Source: Perkinsus olseni
Taxonomy: Eukaryota
Assembly (NCBI GenBank): GCA_013115125.1
Contig: JABANN010000221.1
Span: 1 to 51,249 of the forward strand
Direction: 5' to 3'
DNA length: 51,249 nucleotides
Shown: piece after piece, positions 23,543 through 36,520 of the stretch
Layout of the letters: the number at the start of each line of letters is the position of its first letter
Position numbering within the stretch: position 1 is the first letter of the stretch
The notes under the pieces: model-generated
Seen by the model: the letters and a program-made list of their open reading frames with translations, nothing else
The model's database searches: none
Told to the model about the DNA's origin: nothing
Position numbers and translations under genes: made by a program

Positions 23543-24736
23543 ATGAAAAAGGCCATTCCTGCGGTGGTGCTCGAACTAACGGCAAATATCTTCTGCGAGG
23601 CTTCGTCGAAAATACACGATGCCTTGGCCAAGACCTTGACATTGCCTGTCAAAGGAGGGTTCGTCAAGGTCAGTATCGACGGTCGAGAAGTTGACCTGCT
23701 TCTGGACTCTGGCTTTGCTGAAATCTCGGTGCTGGATGGCGATTGGTATGAGCGGGAGTTCGGCAAAAATGCTTGTGAGGAGCGGCGCTCCGCATGCTTC
23801 TTCTGTCCGAAAGAGAACCCCTGTGACTACGACGGGAGCGAGTTTACTATAAAAACGTCCTTCGCCGACAACACGACCATCCAGAGCGTATTGCGTTCTG
23901 GCTTACTCTCACTAGACGGTTGCAACGCTACAGATTTCATATTCAGGGTCTCTCGGTATTCACGCTGGAACAACGGTCCATTGAGGCCGTGGGGTCACTT
24001 CGGTATAGCGCAGCTCTTCCCAGTGACGGACCGTTCTCGCCGTAGGCTCGACCTTGAAAGTGTGCTCGATGCTCTGAAGCGCCGTCACCTCATCGGACGC
24101 TTGTCGTATACTCTTCGATCGAAGGCGGGAGCGGCCTCCGCGTTGAATTTGATATCCCGTCAACTAACTCTCGATGACATCCCGAACGAGCAGATGACTT
24201 TCATTTCATGGAAATATCTACATGACTCGGGGTCTCATCGAGCATTCACTGCAACCTGGGTCTCGTCGGTGAAGTTGTTCGACGCTGAAGGGAACCTCTC
24301 GGTGAGAGAGAGTATCGACCGCAAGTATCCAAGCTCATTCCTGAGCATCATAGACACGGGAAGTAACAGATTAGTCCTGCCTCTGCATTTAGATGACGAT
24401 ATCGTGAAAGAGCTCAGAAGGAGGTTGAAGAAAAAAGGCTACAGTGGTGAGCAAATATCCAAGGTGCGGTTGCGGCGGGAGAATGGGTTCCTGTACTTAC
24501 ATAAATCGGTCTACGAGTATCTACCTGTGATTGGACTGCGATTGGATGACGGGTTCAATTCCATCCCGATCAAAATACACCCGAAGCACTACTCTTCGTA
24601 TGCCGGAAAAGGGGAAATAGTAATCTTTACGGCCTTTGGGCGCGACGAGGTCTCTCTCGGGACGCCATTATTCAGGGCATACAGTGTTCATGTCGATTAT
24701 ACCAATCACACAATAGCCCTGTTTAAAAATACTTGA
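23543..24736 (+). CDS. Pepsin-like (A1) aspartic protease, intronless
   Basis: Catalytic motifs LLLDSG and IIDTGS, C-terminal LGTPLFRAYSVHVDY; 397 aa. Confidence 0.88.
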   Translation: MKKAIPAVVLELTANIFCEASSKIHDALAKTLTLPVKGGFVKVSIDGREVDLLLDSGFAEISVLDGDWYEREFGKNACEERRSACFFCPKENPCDYDGSEFTIKTSFADNTTIQSVLRSGLLSLDGCNATDFIFRVSRYSRWNNGPLRPWGHFGIAQLFPVTDRSRRRLDLESVLDALKRRHLIGRLSYTLRSKAGAASALNLISRQLTLDDIPNEQMTFISWKYLHDSGSHRAFTATWVSSVKLFDAEGNLSVRESIDRKYPSSFLSIIDTGSNRLVLPLHLDDDIVKELRRRLKKKGYSGEQISKVRLRRENGFLYLHKSVYEYLPVIGLRLDDGFNSIPIKIHPKHYSSYAGKGEIVIFTAFGRDEVSLGTPLFRAYSVHVDYTNHTIALFKNT

Positions 24737-24907
24737 CGATGTTGTTGTGACGATGTTCTAGTGATGTCCCGCAACCAGATGAATCTGTAGAGTCTAAGCT
24801 TTGTAAGGGTTCGGACGGTCCAACCTGTACCAGGGGCGTATTCAATTGATTTTGCCGCCCGGGTTCCGATCGTTAGCTAAAAATTCGACTCGACTGCAGA
24901 AAATTTC

Positions 24908-24954
24908 CCAAGTCTCCCTAGCTCCCTCGAATCGAGAGAGCTAGGGAGACTTGG
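24908..24954. repeat. Near-perfect palindrome, 23-bp arms, 1-nt spacer
   Basis: ccaagtctccctagctccctcga-a-tcgagagagctagggagacttgg; one mismatch. Confidence 0.9.
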
Positions 24955-25039
24955 AGCTCCCTCGATGGCGCGGCTCGACAGTGCTCTAATGAGCTGCCTG
25001 GCCCGGCTCGAACCGAACTAACCCGTTAGTCCAACGCCG

Positions 25040-28000
25040 TTAGGCGCCCTTGGACGTCGTTATTTTGGCCGAATCAGTGAGGCCTTCTGAGCCCGGCCCT
25101 GTACTGTGATTAGGCGTAGCTAGCTCCTCAAATAAGTCTTTTAGAAGAGGGCAAATCGCCCGACACTTCAATTCTCTACTCAGTCTAAGACTGACAGTCT
25201 TCCTGTCACAAGCCAACATCTTCTGAGTAGCCGAAACATGCTCTCGAAACGTGAGTAATTCACACAACTCCACCCCAACCCCCAGACAGGGCAGTCCAAC
25301 GGCTCTTCAACTGGGCCACTGGGATGCCGGTCACTTCTGACATCAATTCGTAACGTTCATCTTCCAGGTAACTGCAGTGAACAAGGCCACTAGTTCACAG
25401 GAAAACTATTCCGAGTCATCAGATTCTAATCGAGTGTACGATTGAAGCATCATAAGCGATTGTGAAGCCCAAGGGAACTCACTCGTCAGCCCAACGTTCC
25501 ACTTCACGCGCCATCATTCGAGGATCGTGATCAAGTCCGGTCTTCGGGTCATAATCGGGATGGTAACTGGGGAGCCAACTCTGCATCGATATCGTTACAG
25601 TCATTCAGGAGATCGTCCAGGAGCTCATGACAAGAAGTTCGTCTGCAGTCGACTTACACTCGCAAAAGAGGGTGGGCGGAGAGTGGCAAGTCTGACCGCT
25701 CGGCTGGCGCGAAATACCTGACGGAGATGCTCACCGATCTCAGCTCGGACCAGCGTATACGTACTCGCTCCTCGTATCATGCAGCTTGAAGAACATGGCA
25801 GTCCAAGCTGAGTCTCTCACAGCGAGGACGTCCTCGTGCTCGAACCAGTCCGGCATCTCCAAATCCTCAGAAGCTTCTTGGAAATTCGGTGACGCATCCG
25901 CGAGTTTCTTCGCCGCCACGTGTTGATTGAACACTGACGATGAAGAACCGCGGTTCACTAGCGATAAAACGGGCCACTCGTCTCACTTTGCCTGAAATAC
26001 AATCCGCGTACCAACTCGGGTCGCATCAGAAAACGCAGCAACACTCGCCACTCTTCTTGCATAATCTCAATCATAGCCTGATAGTGTAACACCCGTTGCT
26101 AACAGTCATCTACGAGAAGACTTACTGGTCGAACAACGTATCTTTGATAAAGGTCCGGGTCCCCGAGTGCTTTTTCGACTTGTGCAGCTTTCTCCGCGTT
26201 GCCGTACATGCCTGTCGCGCCAAACTGGTAATTCCTAAAACACATATTCAGTCGTATGCACAGGCAGGTTGATGAGCCTTTGGGATTGAAAGAGGATGGC
26301 CATCTGGCTGAACAGCAGGATCGCGAACGTCAGACGACTTACACCGCATTGGTGGCTCTCTCAATATGCTTTCGTGCACGGTTTATCAGCTGGTGCGTGA
26401 CGTGAGACGCCAGCGGTGATCCTCTGCCAATGCAATCGATGGTCTTCGCAGCAAAGTCGCGTACGTCCTCCGGTAAAGATGCTGAGGTACGGCACAGTAA
26501 GGCTAGGAGGTCTCCCGAATGTGCGGTGGAGCGGAACGACTCCTGCTCTCCATGAGGCAGGCCCAAATCTCGGCCACTTACGGTCATCACGATGCGTAAC
26601 CAGACTCTCTATAACATCAAATAAATGAGGCTGGGAGAAGCACTTTTGAATGAGGCCGACGAAAGGCGCCAGCGACCACCTAAAAAGAAAGATACTGCGG
26701 CTGAACGCTATTGCGGATTTTCTCACCCCTCAGGTAGATGCAAGAAGTGCTCAGAAATCAACGCACGGCCATCGCTCTCGCTAACCTGATTACCCAAAAC
26801 GTTGGTATGACAGCACTCCAGCCCGCGAGTTCCATCCACCCACCTCGAGTTGCTTCTCACTCGTCAATTCCAAGAGTCGGAATGCGTCTGGCGATATCCA
26901 GTTCTTCGCCAAGCCTGACGCGGGAAGTGGGATTTCCCTCTCACCCCGGGGGATGGTTCCGAGTAACAACTCACCAGTAATGCTGACAGCACTTCACCAC
27001 CGAAACGCATCTTACTACTCTATTTCTCGCGAGTCAGACGGCAGATGCCAGAGAGCACACAGTAGCTGTTGAACGCTCGTGGCCCATAACCGAGAGGCCA
27101 ACTGCGGAGAGCACCGACTCACCACAATAGACGATGTCTTTTCCTGCTACTGCCTCTCCTGTGAGGGCTAAGTAATTACCGATACAGAACGGCAAGCGGG
27201 CGAGCAGGAAAGATTGCCCCGCCACCTGGCAGCATGATGAAAAAGTTGCAAGATACTCTGCATCGAGCCGCCCTCTGAACTCACTGGGAAGAATCCATAG
27301 CGAGTCTGGTCAAACTGTACAACACTGTGATGGTACGCGCCGCTGTACTCGATGGACAGGCCACACCAGGACGCGGCCGCATTCAATACTTCGCCATTAT
27401 AGAGAGTCACCAGTGGCTTATGATACTCTGCAATCATCAAGTTCAAATCGAACCTGAAAAACGGATCAATCATCTGGGCAAGCGAGTTCTCATACCGCGA
27501 GTCAAATGATACCTCGACACGCAACGGCCCTGGGATCACAGATGTCCTTGATTGAGCTCGCATCATTGCTGACCCCCGAAGCCGAGTAGCAGAGAGATTC
27601 CGCTGGTTCCAGATTCATTCACTGCTTGCTGCTTACAGGGTTGCTCGGCAGCCCTGTAAGCCGCGTCCTTTACTCAGATCGAGTAGCAGGGTGGCAACAG
27701 TAATAAGCGCCGACCACCCATGGCACGATCATTAAAGCTGCTGTTGCCCCCAATATTACATGTTCTTGAAGAACTCCAAAGCGTATCGAGGAATCTCATT
27801 TCTCAATTGTGATGCCTGCAGAGAGACGGAGGGTTCTAGAGCTCCCCGACAAAGACGACGGCAGTCGTCCACATGCATCGACCAAGCGACAAATCGTATG
27901 TTGCAGGCTGCTTATGTTCAACAGTTTTTACCTGCGCTAGCAGAAGCAAGTCCTGGAGATGAAGGTCTCCTGCGAACTTATCTCGATGAGAGCTCGTCAA

Positions 28001-28046
28001 ACACACGAGCCGCTTTGTAGTGTTGACCTGTATCGAAAATATCCAT
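25040..28046 (-). CDS. Large hypothetical multi-exon gene with apparent frameshifts
   Basis: Series of protein-like exons on the minus strand (MDIFDTGQHYKAARVFDE; ASQLRNEIPRYALEFFKN; GPLRVEVSFDSRYENSLAQMIDPFFRF; YLEDERYELMSEV) flanked by GT/AG. At least two frame breaks; no recognised domain. Confidence 0.4.
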
Positions 28047-29937
28047 ACAACTTCCGAAGGCAGGACTCGAGCCCAGATACGGCCGAGACCTTGGCCGAAT
28101 CCACCACAGTATTAGTCTAAGTGAATCGGAAGATATGGACAACAGAGTGGCAGAACTCAAACATCGATGTGCGTATTTAGCCGTGTTATAGCGGTTTCAC
28201 TTTAAGCAGGCTCGACCGCTGAAGTCTTCACGTGTTTTCCGGCCCTCTTGAACTTGAGGAGGGCCGAAAAGTCTACTAAGAGGCCGCTCCATCCGAATGA
28301 TCTATTAGTACCTCCAGATTCCGCAGTCGTCGATAAAGCGAGTTCACCATCGGGAACGAGATGTTATCAGAGTTCGCCACAATCATGCCCATACCTGAAA
28401 ATTCCGCAAAGGTGACACCTGATCAGAATTACAACGTTCCATGTTCAGCAAGTCACAAAAGTAAGAGCGGAACGACTAAGCGACTAACGCTTCCAACGTG
28501 AGATCGACAAGCTACGTCTTGGTTAGCTGAATGTAATCCACGGATACCATAGGAAGGACTTACCAACATTATTACGCTCCAACACTGGAGCGTTGAGAGT
28601 CGGATCGTCCGCGTATCTAAAATAGTATCGAAGGATACAGAAGAAGATCTGCGTATAACCGACCAGACCCAGTTCATTTAACGCGAAGATACAGCATCAA
28701 AGCTTCACTCGTCTTTCACAAAGGAACTGCCAAAGACTCTAAAGGTTTTATCACTCTAGTTCGCCGATTTTAAGTACGCGTCAAATAAGGCAATGGGATA
28801 CGAGTCGCTTCAGGGATACGTCCACAAGTCAACCACAAACGATGAGCCAAAAATCCAGGATGATGTCTATGCTGGGTGAACAGTTCCAAGCTACACTCAC
28901 CTCCACTCGGCATCGACGTGATCAGCGAAGAGGACACTCTGGGGGTCGATGAATTGATACTGAAATAACGTAGACTACGACATAATAGATAGGCGAGGAT
29001 AGACATATCGAGGCATCGGGGTCTCATTAGCAGCACCCGCACGGCAACAAGGTCGAATGAAAGGAGCCTGTATTTTTCTACAACTGTTGTACTACAACAT
29101 CCACACTGTGGATTCCACAGTAACCCCGAGAAGCCCATGCTACCAATCCTCAGATACCAGTGTTGTAGACGATTCACTGCGATCGAAATGCAGTTGATGA
29201 TACGTGAGAGCGTGCGAGAAAATACTGCCATTCACCGCCCCCCGCTATTACTGGATTCCGCTTGTCATCATTGTACTTCTCATCACTTCTGAAAAATCCG
29301 GTCCGGACAAATCTCATCTGCTGTTGGTGAAGTCGTCGAGGCGTTCCAATCCACCGAGGCTTGACTATACCATTATGAATCATGGTAAATTGACCAAGCT
29401 AACGAAGAGACCGAATCACATTGCGGACGTGTACGTGTACCCTCCGGTCAATGCGAGAACACGAAACACGTACTTTGCCCCAGAGACTCCTGGTTTCAGC
29501 AGGAAATGTATCGACGCCCATTAGAAATAGGAAGGAGTGGCCTTGGCTCCCGCTACCAAACGGTCAAATACCCTAGGGTCAGCACCTTTTGTTCCGGCTG
29601 GTGACGAACAGGAGGGTATCTCATCCCTCCTCAGCTCTACATTCTCGGTACTCTAACATTCCTATATATATCCGGGGCGAACTACCATCAAAAGCCTACC
29701 AACTTTCAAGCCTGCTAGAAAAAGGCTTCTACAATACGTGTGGAGTTCCCATAGGGAAAGGAGCAGCCGACGATAAGGCCGGCGCGGTTGGGTGCATGCT
29801 TTCCGTCGCACTCAACCCAACACTGTATACTATCAACAACAACATCACAGAATAACACGATGAACAAACCTGGTTCAGGCGTGTTCATTCAGTAGTCCGC
29901 CAGTTAGTCCATGCTCCCTGGAAAATCTTTTGCAGCT

Positions 29938-30605
29938 TTACAATAACTTCCACGCTTTCTCCAGGTACGAGTGGATCGAGCTCAGCCGTGTTCTATTCTT
30001 GAGAATAAACTGCGGAGTTTCCTCAATGAAGTCGGCTATGCTTCCGCATGAAGAACCTCGATCCTGCATCCTCGCTATCGGCTTCAATAAGTATTGAAAG
30101 GCATACATATCAGCGAACCACGGGACACCGCGCTCCTTCAATTCCTGCTCATTGGTTTCTCTCCCACTGGCATCAGGTCCAATGACGAACGTCCAGGTAT
30201 CATCATTATGGAAGCTGAAAATGGTCAGTGAACAGATTCACACTCTGTCACTGTGCAGGAGAAGCTGGTGAGAATTAATACTCGAATTTGACCCTCCTGT
30301 TCTCTCCCTTGGTTGTCTTTGCTTCGACCGAACGGTAAAGACTGCTCCCTCCCACGTTGGGGTCGGAGTATTTCGTAACGCGCACATCCAAGGAATCATA
30401 ATGGATAGCACAAGTCTCTTTTTGGAGTTGCCTCTCTCGACGGAGACGGTTCTCCCAACGGGCATGACCTGACTCGAAGGGGCTAAGCGATCAGTGCAAA
30501 ATGCTCGAAGCTCGCCGTTACCTTCCGCGACGAGGGGGCCTTCAAAACCAGCAGCGATGCTAGAGCCGGTATTAAAGGTAGCATGAATCGGGCGAAGCTC
30601 ATCAT
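29938..30605 (-). CDS. Secreted 3-exon protein family member 1 (frameshift in A-run at ~30419-30423)
   Basis: MMSFARFMLPLIPALASLLVLKAPSSRK|VMPVGRTVSVERGNSK[shift]ETCAIHYDSLDVRV...F(D)|FHNDDTWTFVIGP...WFADMYAFQ...CGSIADFIEETP...; same intron phases as its paralogs. Confidence 0.7.
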
Positions 30606-31935
30606 TGCACAACAAGGTAAAGCTCTCCCGAAATCCGCGTTACTGATTCAGTGACCAAGGCACATTGGGACCGTCATGAGTGACACTAGAGGATGACCTC
30701 GACCACGAGGCGCTTAACAGGAAAGATAGCACCGATGCGAGATCCCGAGGACTTCTCGCCGTTTTGCGGCATCCGAGACAATTAAGTGCTTGCTCATCTC
30801 TTACATTTCCAGGCCAACGCTGAAAGCTACGGGGAAGGAGCAGAGCACATTACTGGAAGTGCATTTTGGAAGCAACCTAGAGCGCGCGAGAAGTGACAAG
30901 AAAGCAAGGGTTTCCTTTCCACCGCCAATTATGAGGATTCATCAGTTCTCTTCATCAAGAGAATGTCTCCCAGCTTTTGCGCTTTCTCCCACATTCATTC
31001 GGTAGCTCACCATCGTTACAGCCATGTTGTACGCTCGACCGGACCTACCGCATCCTGCTCGTCTTCGCCAGAACCAATACAAGTTGAAACAGAGCACTGA
31101 GCACTGTCGTCGCACAGCCGTTGTTGTACACTCTGAATTCCCACTCGATACAGAGCCCAAGAGAGAGACCAGCACCCAGAATGAGAATTGCTCATGACCT
31201 TGCTTCAGTCAAACCAGAAAAAGCGGCGCTATCTCCATCCATTCAACTAGGAACATACTTGAGACCAGTACTTCCGATAAGCGCGCTGCTCTTGCTAGTA
31301 AATAGTGTCTACCGCTCCGGAGAAGCCAAACTTCAGCTGCCGAAGTAGTCCATCGACAGCGGGGAAAACTCTGCCACGGAGAGAAACGAATGCCCAAATT
31401 TCGCCCGGCCGAATAAGCGCATCCGCCTCTCTCTGTTTGTCAAACAAGGATTTGCGAACCCATCCTCTTCCGTGGACGTGTTCATATATAACATTTGCAT
31501 GCTCCCCGATACAGTCGACCACTTTTCGGCGACCAGCAGCATGAACTCCAGAATCTGGAGTCCAGATATGTTCCGCTGTTTGCCACTCCAGGTTGGTCCC
31601 ATTATCTAAAGAAAGGGGGGCCGCCAACGGACGCGGAGTCGTGATAAGAAGAACGGTAGATGTAATCAGAGTCCGATAACTGCAAGCGGGGAGAGAAAAT
31701 CAGCTTTCGCGCATGTGAAACGCGCGCGCTTGAAACACCTGATAGACTATCAGTCATAGTTCGGTAATATCTGGAGGTTCTCTCCTCTGACCGGCTGACG
31801 GGAATTTTGACATTATAGGGGAGCAGATAGGACCATAACCCCTAACGTGTTGACAAGCCGGTCCCCATTGATCATCTTTGGCACGACAGTGAATCTAACG
31901 AACATCAACATCACAGGCATGGTTGAAGGACCTCC

Positions 31936-32700
31936 TCACTGTCCATCTGGAGACGCCAAAGTGGCCCACTCCGGATGGCGCCGGAGAAGCACACCAACAT
32001 ATCTCTGCTTGTCAAGCAAGAATTCACGAACCCATTTCGTTCTGGGCTTTCGGATGTACATATCATCTGGATGCTGTTCAATATAGTCAGCCACTTTATC
32101 GCATCTAGAAGCATCAATATCGGGCATAATATCGCGTAAGATCAGGAAGAAGGGGTTCACGTCATTGAACCAGTAGCGAATAAGTTCCCTGTCACCCCGT
32201 TTATCGAGATATTTACCAACGCTAATAGGACCGTCGTACAACCTAGCTTCGTCACCGGCATCGTAGAGACTGAGAAGGCAGCAAATGAAGAGAAAGAGAC
32301 GGAACATGAGCGCCCAACTAGGCCAGGGCCGCTAATATGTAGTGCAGTGATGATACTACTAGTATCCCGCATAGAGTTTCCCTCCAATTGTCTTCGTGAC
32401 CTCCGCCTTAATGGAATAATAATGATCCTTTTTCTCGACGGCCGGATTCTTGGATCTCTCAACGTATAAATTCACATCGTCATAGCGAATAACGCACGTA
32501 TGCGAGGAATCCCCTTCGATGAGGGAGACATCCCGAGCTGATGGCGCGACCTGACCGAGGACATCAGAACTTCCGGACGGCAGTGCACTCTGACACATCA
32601 CGTGCCTCATCACCTTGTTCGGGGAGGCGGTCCGTAGGGCCGCCACCAAGGTCAAAAAAGGCATTACGGACAGAAGAGAGCGCGTAGAGATGACCATCAT
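31936..32700 (-). CDS. Secreted 3-exon protein family member 2
   Basis: MMVISTRSLLSVMPFLTLVAALRTASPNK|VAPSARDVSLIEGDSSHTCVIRYDD...GY(Y)|LYDAGDEARLYDGP...WFNDVNPF...CDKVADYIEQHP...; joins in frame. Confidence 0.8.
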
Positions 32701-33100
32701 ACGGGGAGGGCTAGAACTGACGGCATAGAACCACTCAGCTAAGGAAGAGATTTCGTGCAAAACTTGTCAAGACTCGCATATGACGAGTGGAACATACAGA
32801 CGCAGTTTGAAGCTGCGCCAGCGCTCCAAACTGAGCGCTCCACAACGTCGTGGAAGAGGTCCGTGATCGGTATGACATCGGGTAGCAGGGCACCCTCGTC
32901 ACCATGGTCATCTTCGCCTTTCCTGAAATCGAGAAACAGCTTTGTGCAGCTGCCTAGATCTGGATCATCCATGGGGTGGGAACGACGCATAAGCCTGTTC
33001 GTCCGACATACAGCACTATCAAGTTAACAACGTTAACCCCAGCAGTGTCTCCGATAAACATCGCCAACACACCATAGCATGAGATAGGTTTCTCTGTTCC

Positions 33101-33832
33101 CTACCACCGGACGCATCCCGGGTAAGCCTTGGCTATACGCTGAGTTTCGTGCCTTCTTTCGACCATATACTTTCGGAGCCAGTCCGCTGGCGGCTCATCT
33201 CTGAACCAATAGTCTGGATGCCCTTCTATGTATTCAGCTATCTCTCCACATGCAGCATCGTTATCCAGTTTCTCTCGTATCGCGCGCAGCATGTTGGAAA
33301 ATGGATTGATGCCAGCAAAAAACGATTGGAGGCGCTTCTCGTTGTCGTGTACATCGATGTATTTACCTCCGTAGACAGGCCCACTGCGGAAGCTCCACTT
33401 GTCGCCTGCGCCGACACTGAGAACGGTAATGCGTGAGATCACCCGATACAGAAGCGACGCCGAAGCCGTCGATAGGTATTACGCGTATTTAATTGTGAAG
33501 ACATCTCCCGAATCCATCGTGAGTTCTGCGCTCAGCTGATAACCACGGTCCGCCTCCAAGTAGTTCCCAGGAAACCATGATTTGCGAGCTGATACTCTTA
33601 GAGACTTAGATTGAATAACACAGGTGCGGGAGAAGTTATCTCTCTTGTCAGTAACGATGGCGATAGACCGGCCCCCCGCCGCGCCCTAAGATTGGAACAC
33701 GGAGGGTTTCGCTCGAGATGCTCTTCAACGAAAGATTCTCTCTGTTACCTTGTCGGGAAAGGCTGTCTGCAGAGCCCCCACGGAGGTCAAAGCAGACGTC
33801 ACGATCGGGCTGAAATGAGTGAAGGCAACCAT
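33101..33832 (-). CDS. Secreted 3-exon protein family member 3
   Basis: MVAFTHFSPIVTSALTSVGALQTAFPDK|GAAGGRSIAIV...RTCVIQ...IKY(A)|VGAGDKWSFRSGP...FFAGINPF...CGEIAEYIEGHP...; joins in frame. Confidence 0.8.
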
Positions 33833-34526
33833 TGCACGGGAGAGAAGATTGATGACGGTACTCTGCAAAAATGATCTCGGGTCTTTCCCACTGCTCTCCG
33901 ACAGGCCCTTCCTAAGCGTTGAGAATTTTCTGCGACATTGTGGCCGCGCCGAGGACCTTGGCCCAAGGCATAGACTGCGTACTCCCGTCCGGCCCAGATG
34001 TCCCTAGTGAAGGCTCCCTTTCTGTCTCTTTGTGAGAGGACGATTTCCGTACAATCTGGAAGCACCCCCGAGCGCTCGAAGAATCGCAAGATCGCAAGGC
34101 AGCGAATATCGCACTTAGCTTTTATTGTAACTCTTCGGAGATGGTAAGAGATGGGAACAGCAGCGTGACTTTAGTATCTCAGCTCGCAGTGAACTGCTCG
34201 CTAATGCTGCGCCACATTCGGAAGGGCGCGCATGCGATATGGTTATGCGACTTTTGTGAGTCATTACCACGGAACTTCTCCCAAAGCTTGCGAGCTTCCG
34301 AAGAACTCGGGAAGGGACATCTAAGAAAACAGTAACACCGGGAACATCCGAACAAAATCAGTACAAGCATAAAAATTATGTCCTTACAAATGAGCCCAGC
34401 TCCAAGAGGGAGACTTCGGAACATTCGGTATTACACTGACAATTTGACAGTAACAGTAGCGATTCATAGCGTGGTACTTCTATATGATTGTCCTTGAAAC
34501 TCATCCAGGTGTTATTTTCTGACAAA

Positions 34527-35694
34527 ATGTGGAAGGTCCGTGCTCCGATGCTGCTCAGAGTTATGATGAATACTTGCCGTGAAGTCTACTCGGTAGGGCA
34601 GGATGCGCCAGTCAAAACCGTGGCAATCCCCGTCGAAGAGGGTTTCGTCACGGTCAGTATTGACGGCCAGGAGGTTGAACTATTGCTGGACTCGGCCTTT
34701 TCGGATGTCTCTGTGCTGGACGGTGAATGGTATGAGAAGAAGTATGGCAAGGGTGCTTGCCAGGAACGCTTCTCCGGGTGCTACTTCTGCTCAAAAGGAG
34801 CGCCTTGTAAATTTGCGGAGAGTGATATGGTATTAACAGGATCCTTCGGCAACAAGTCGACAATCAGGAGCATATTCCGTTCCGGATCGTTGCTGTTGGA
34901 AGGTCAAAGAGCCACTGGCTTTGTCTTCAAGGTATCTAGGTACTCCGTTTGGGGGAGTGATACATGGCGACCATGGGGTCATTTCGGAATATCGGCATTG
35001 CTGCCAGAGGCGAAGTCGCCCAGACCCGGGTTCAAGCGAGAGAGCGTACTAGACTTTCTGAAGCGTCTCGGCCTTATCGGGCGCCTCTCCTATAGCATTC
35101 GAACAGACATGAGACAACAGTCCATGATGAACTTTATCTCTGGGCGACATGCAGAACGAGTCCAATACGAAATACGTGTTCCCATTTGAACATGACATAA
35201 CATTCCGTCGAGCATACTCCACCGCTAGGGTGTCCTCAGTGAAGTTATTTGATGCGGAGGGTAATCTGCTGACGAGGGAAGTCCCCTATCCAAAACAACC
35301 AGGATCGTTCATGACTCTCATAGACACGGGGAGCAACAATTTTGGACTGCCCATGAACTTACAGGACAGTATCGTGAAGGTCCTCGAAAAGGAGTTTAAG
35401 GGAAGAGATAATACGACCCGGATAGCGAGAATGTGGAGGCACCACAGAAACGGATTCCTGTACATCAAAAAGGTCTTCGACTATCTGCCGGTAATCGGAC
35501 TCCGACTGGACGACAAGCCCGATTCTGCCGCGGTGAAAATTCATCCGAAGCACTACTGTCAGAACGCTGGTACAGAGGAAGTAGCGGTCTTCGTGCGCTA
35601 CAGTACCGTTAGCGTACTAGGAACGCCTCTCTTCAGAGCATACAGAGTTCATGTTGATTACACCAATCATAAGATAGCTCTCCTCAAGAACTAA
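34527..35694 (+). pseudogene. Pepsin-like aspartic protease paralog, frameshifted at ~35145
   Basis: Clear paralog of 23543-24736 (VSIDG.EV.LLLDS, RPWGHFGI, IDTGSN, LGTPLFRAY.VHVDYTNH). First motif reads DSA; split over two ORFs (34488-35189, 35149-35694). Confidence 0.8.
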
Positions 35695-36034
35695 CACCGT
35701 TTGACCGTAGGACAACTTGGATAATGTGACCAAACTTTTGCCGAGTTTGAGTTGCTTAATTAACTCATCTTCAAAATCTTCTTATCGACTTCGAAATCGA
35801 GAGTCAAAGTCTCCGAATCGGAAACTTCGGAGTCAATCCAGGCTATGTATTGCATTGATGTCGGACAGACTCAGAGAGCATAACGATTTATCATTTTGGG
35901 TGAAAAAGCAGGAAAACCTCACTGTTCCGGTCCCTTCATATACCGAAGAAGACCGAGCTGTCTTATCGAGATAGGACTCAGCTGCGAACTCGAATCTGCG
36001 ATGACAATGACGGCTAGATAATCTAAGCATAATC

Positions 36035-36081
36035 TTCGGCGTACATACGGAATCTAGCCTAGATTCCGTATGTATGCCGAA
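36035..36081. repeat. Near-perfect palindrome, 23-bp arms, 1-nt spacer
   Basis: ttcggcgtacatacggaatctag-c-ctagattccgtatgtatgccgaa; one G-T mismatch. Confidence 0.9.
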
Positions 36082-36520
36082 TAAAGTATAAGCGGACTCA
36101 GATCGGCTTCCCAGCTGGGAAACTAGAAGCTCTGCCCCACCTTTCGAATCATACGAGTCAGAAAGATCCCAGCAGAGTCGACGCGAAGATACAACTACCG
36201 AAGTTCAGTCGGCTTTCAGGGCTTCACAAACAGTTGCCAGCCACGCCAGCAATCTCTCCCCTCCGCTTGGCACCGGCATGATCAACGAAAAGGACAAACT
36301 GCTGAGGATCAGAATTTATGGGCGCAGGGGAGCCTCTGGAAGGGGGAAAGATCAGTCGCCACACTGATAAATTCGTAAGAATTTGAATTGCACGGCCAGC
36401 ATACGTCATTGATACCCATCGGAGGGTGATAGCGTGCACGATGAAGACCCGCGGTCCCTGTAGCTGATATAAATGACGGCACCGAACAAGACACTTCGAA
36501 AATGAGAACGTCGGGAAGTG

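Noticed and set aside
32275-32307. Apparent signal peptides MFRLFLFICCLLS (and MLLFAFRLLLLSF at 36909) in the ORF track
   Set aside because: These are translated polypyrimidine tracts of intron 2; the real N-termini lie two exons upstream.
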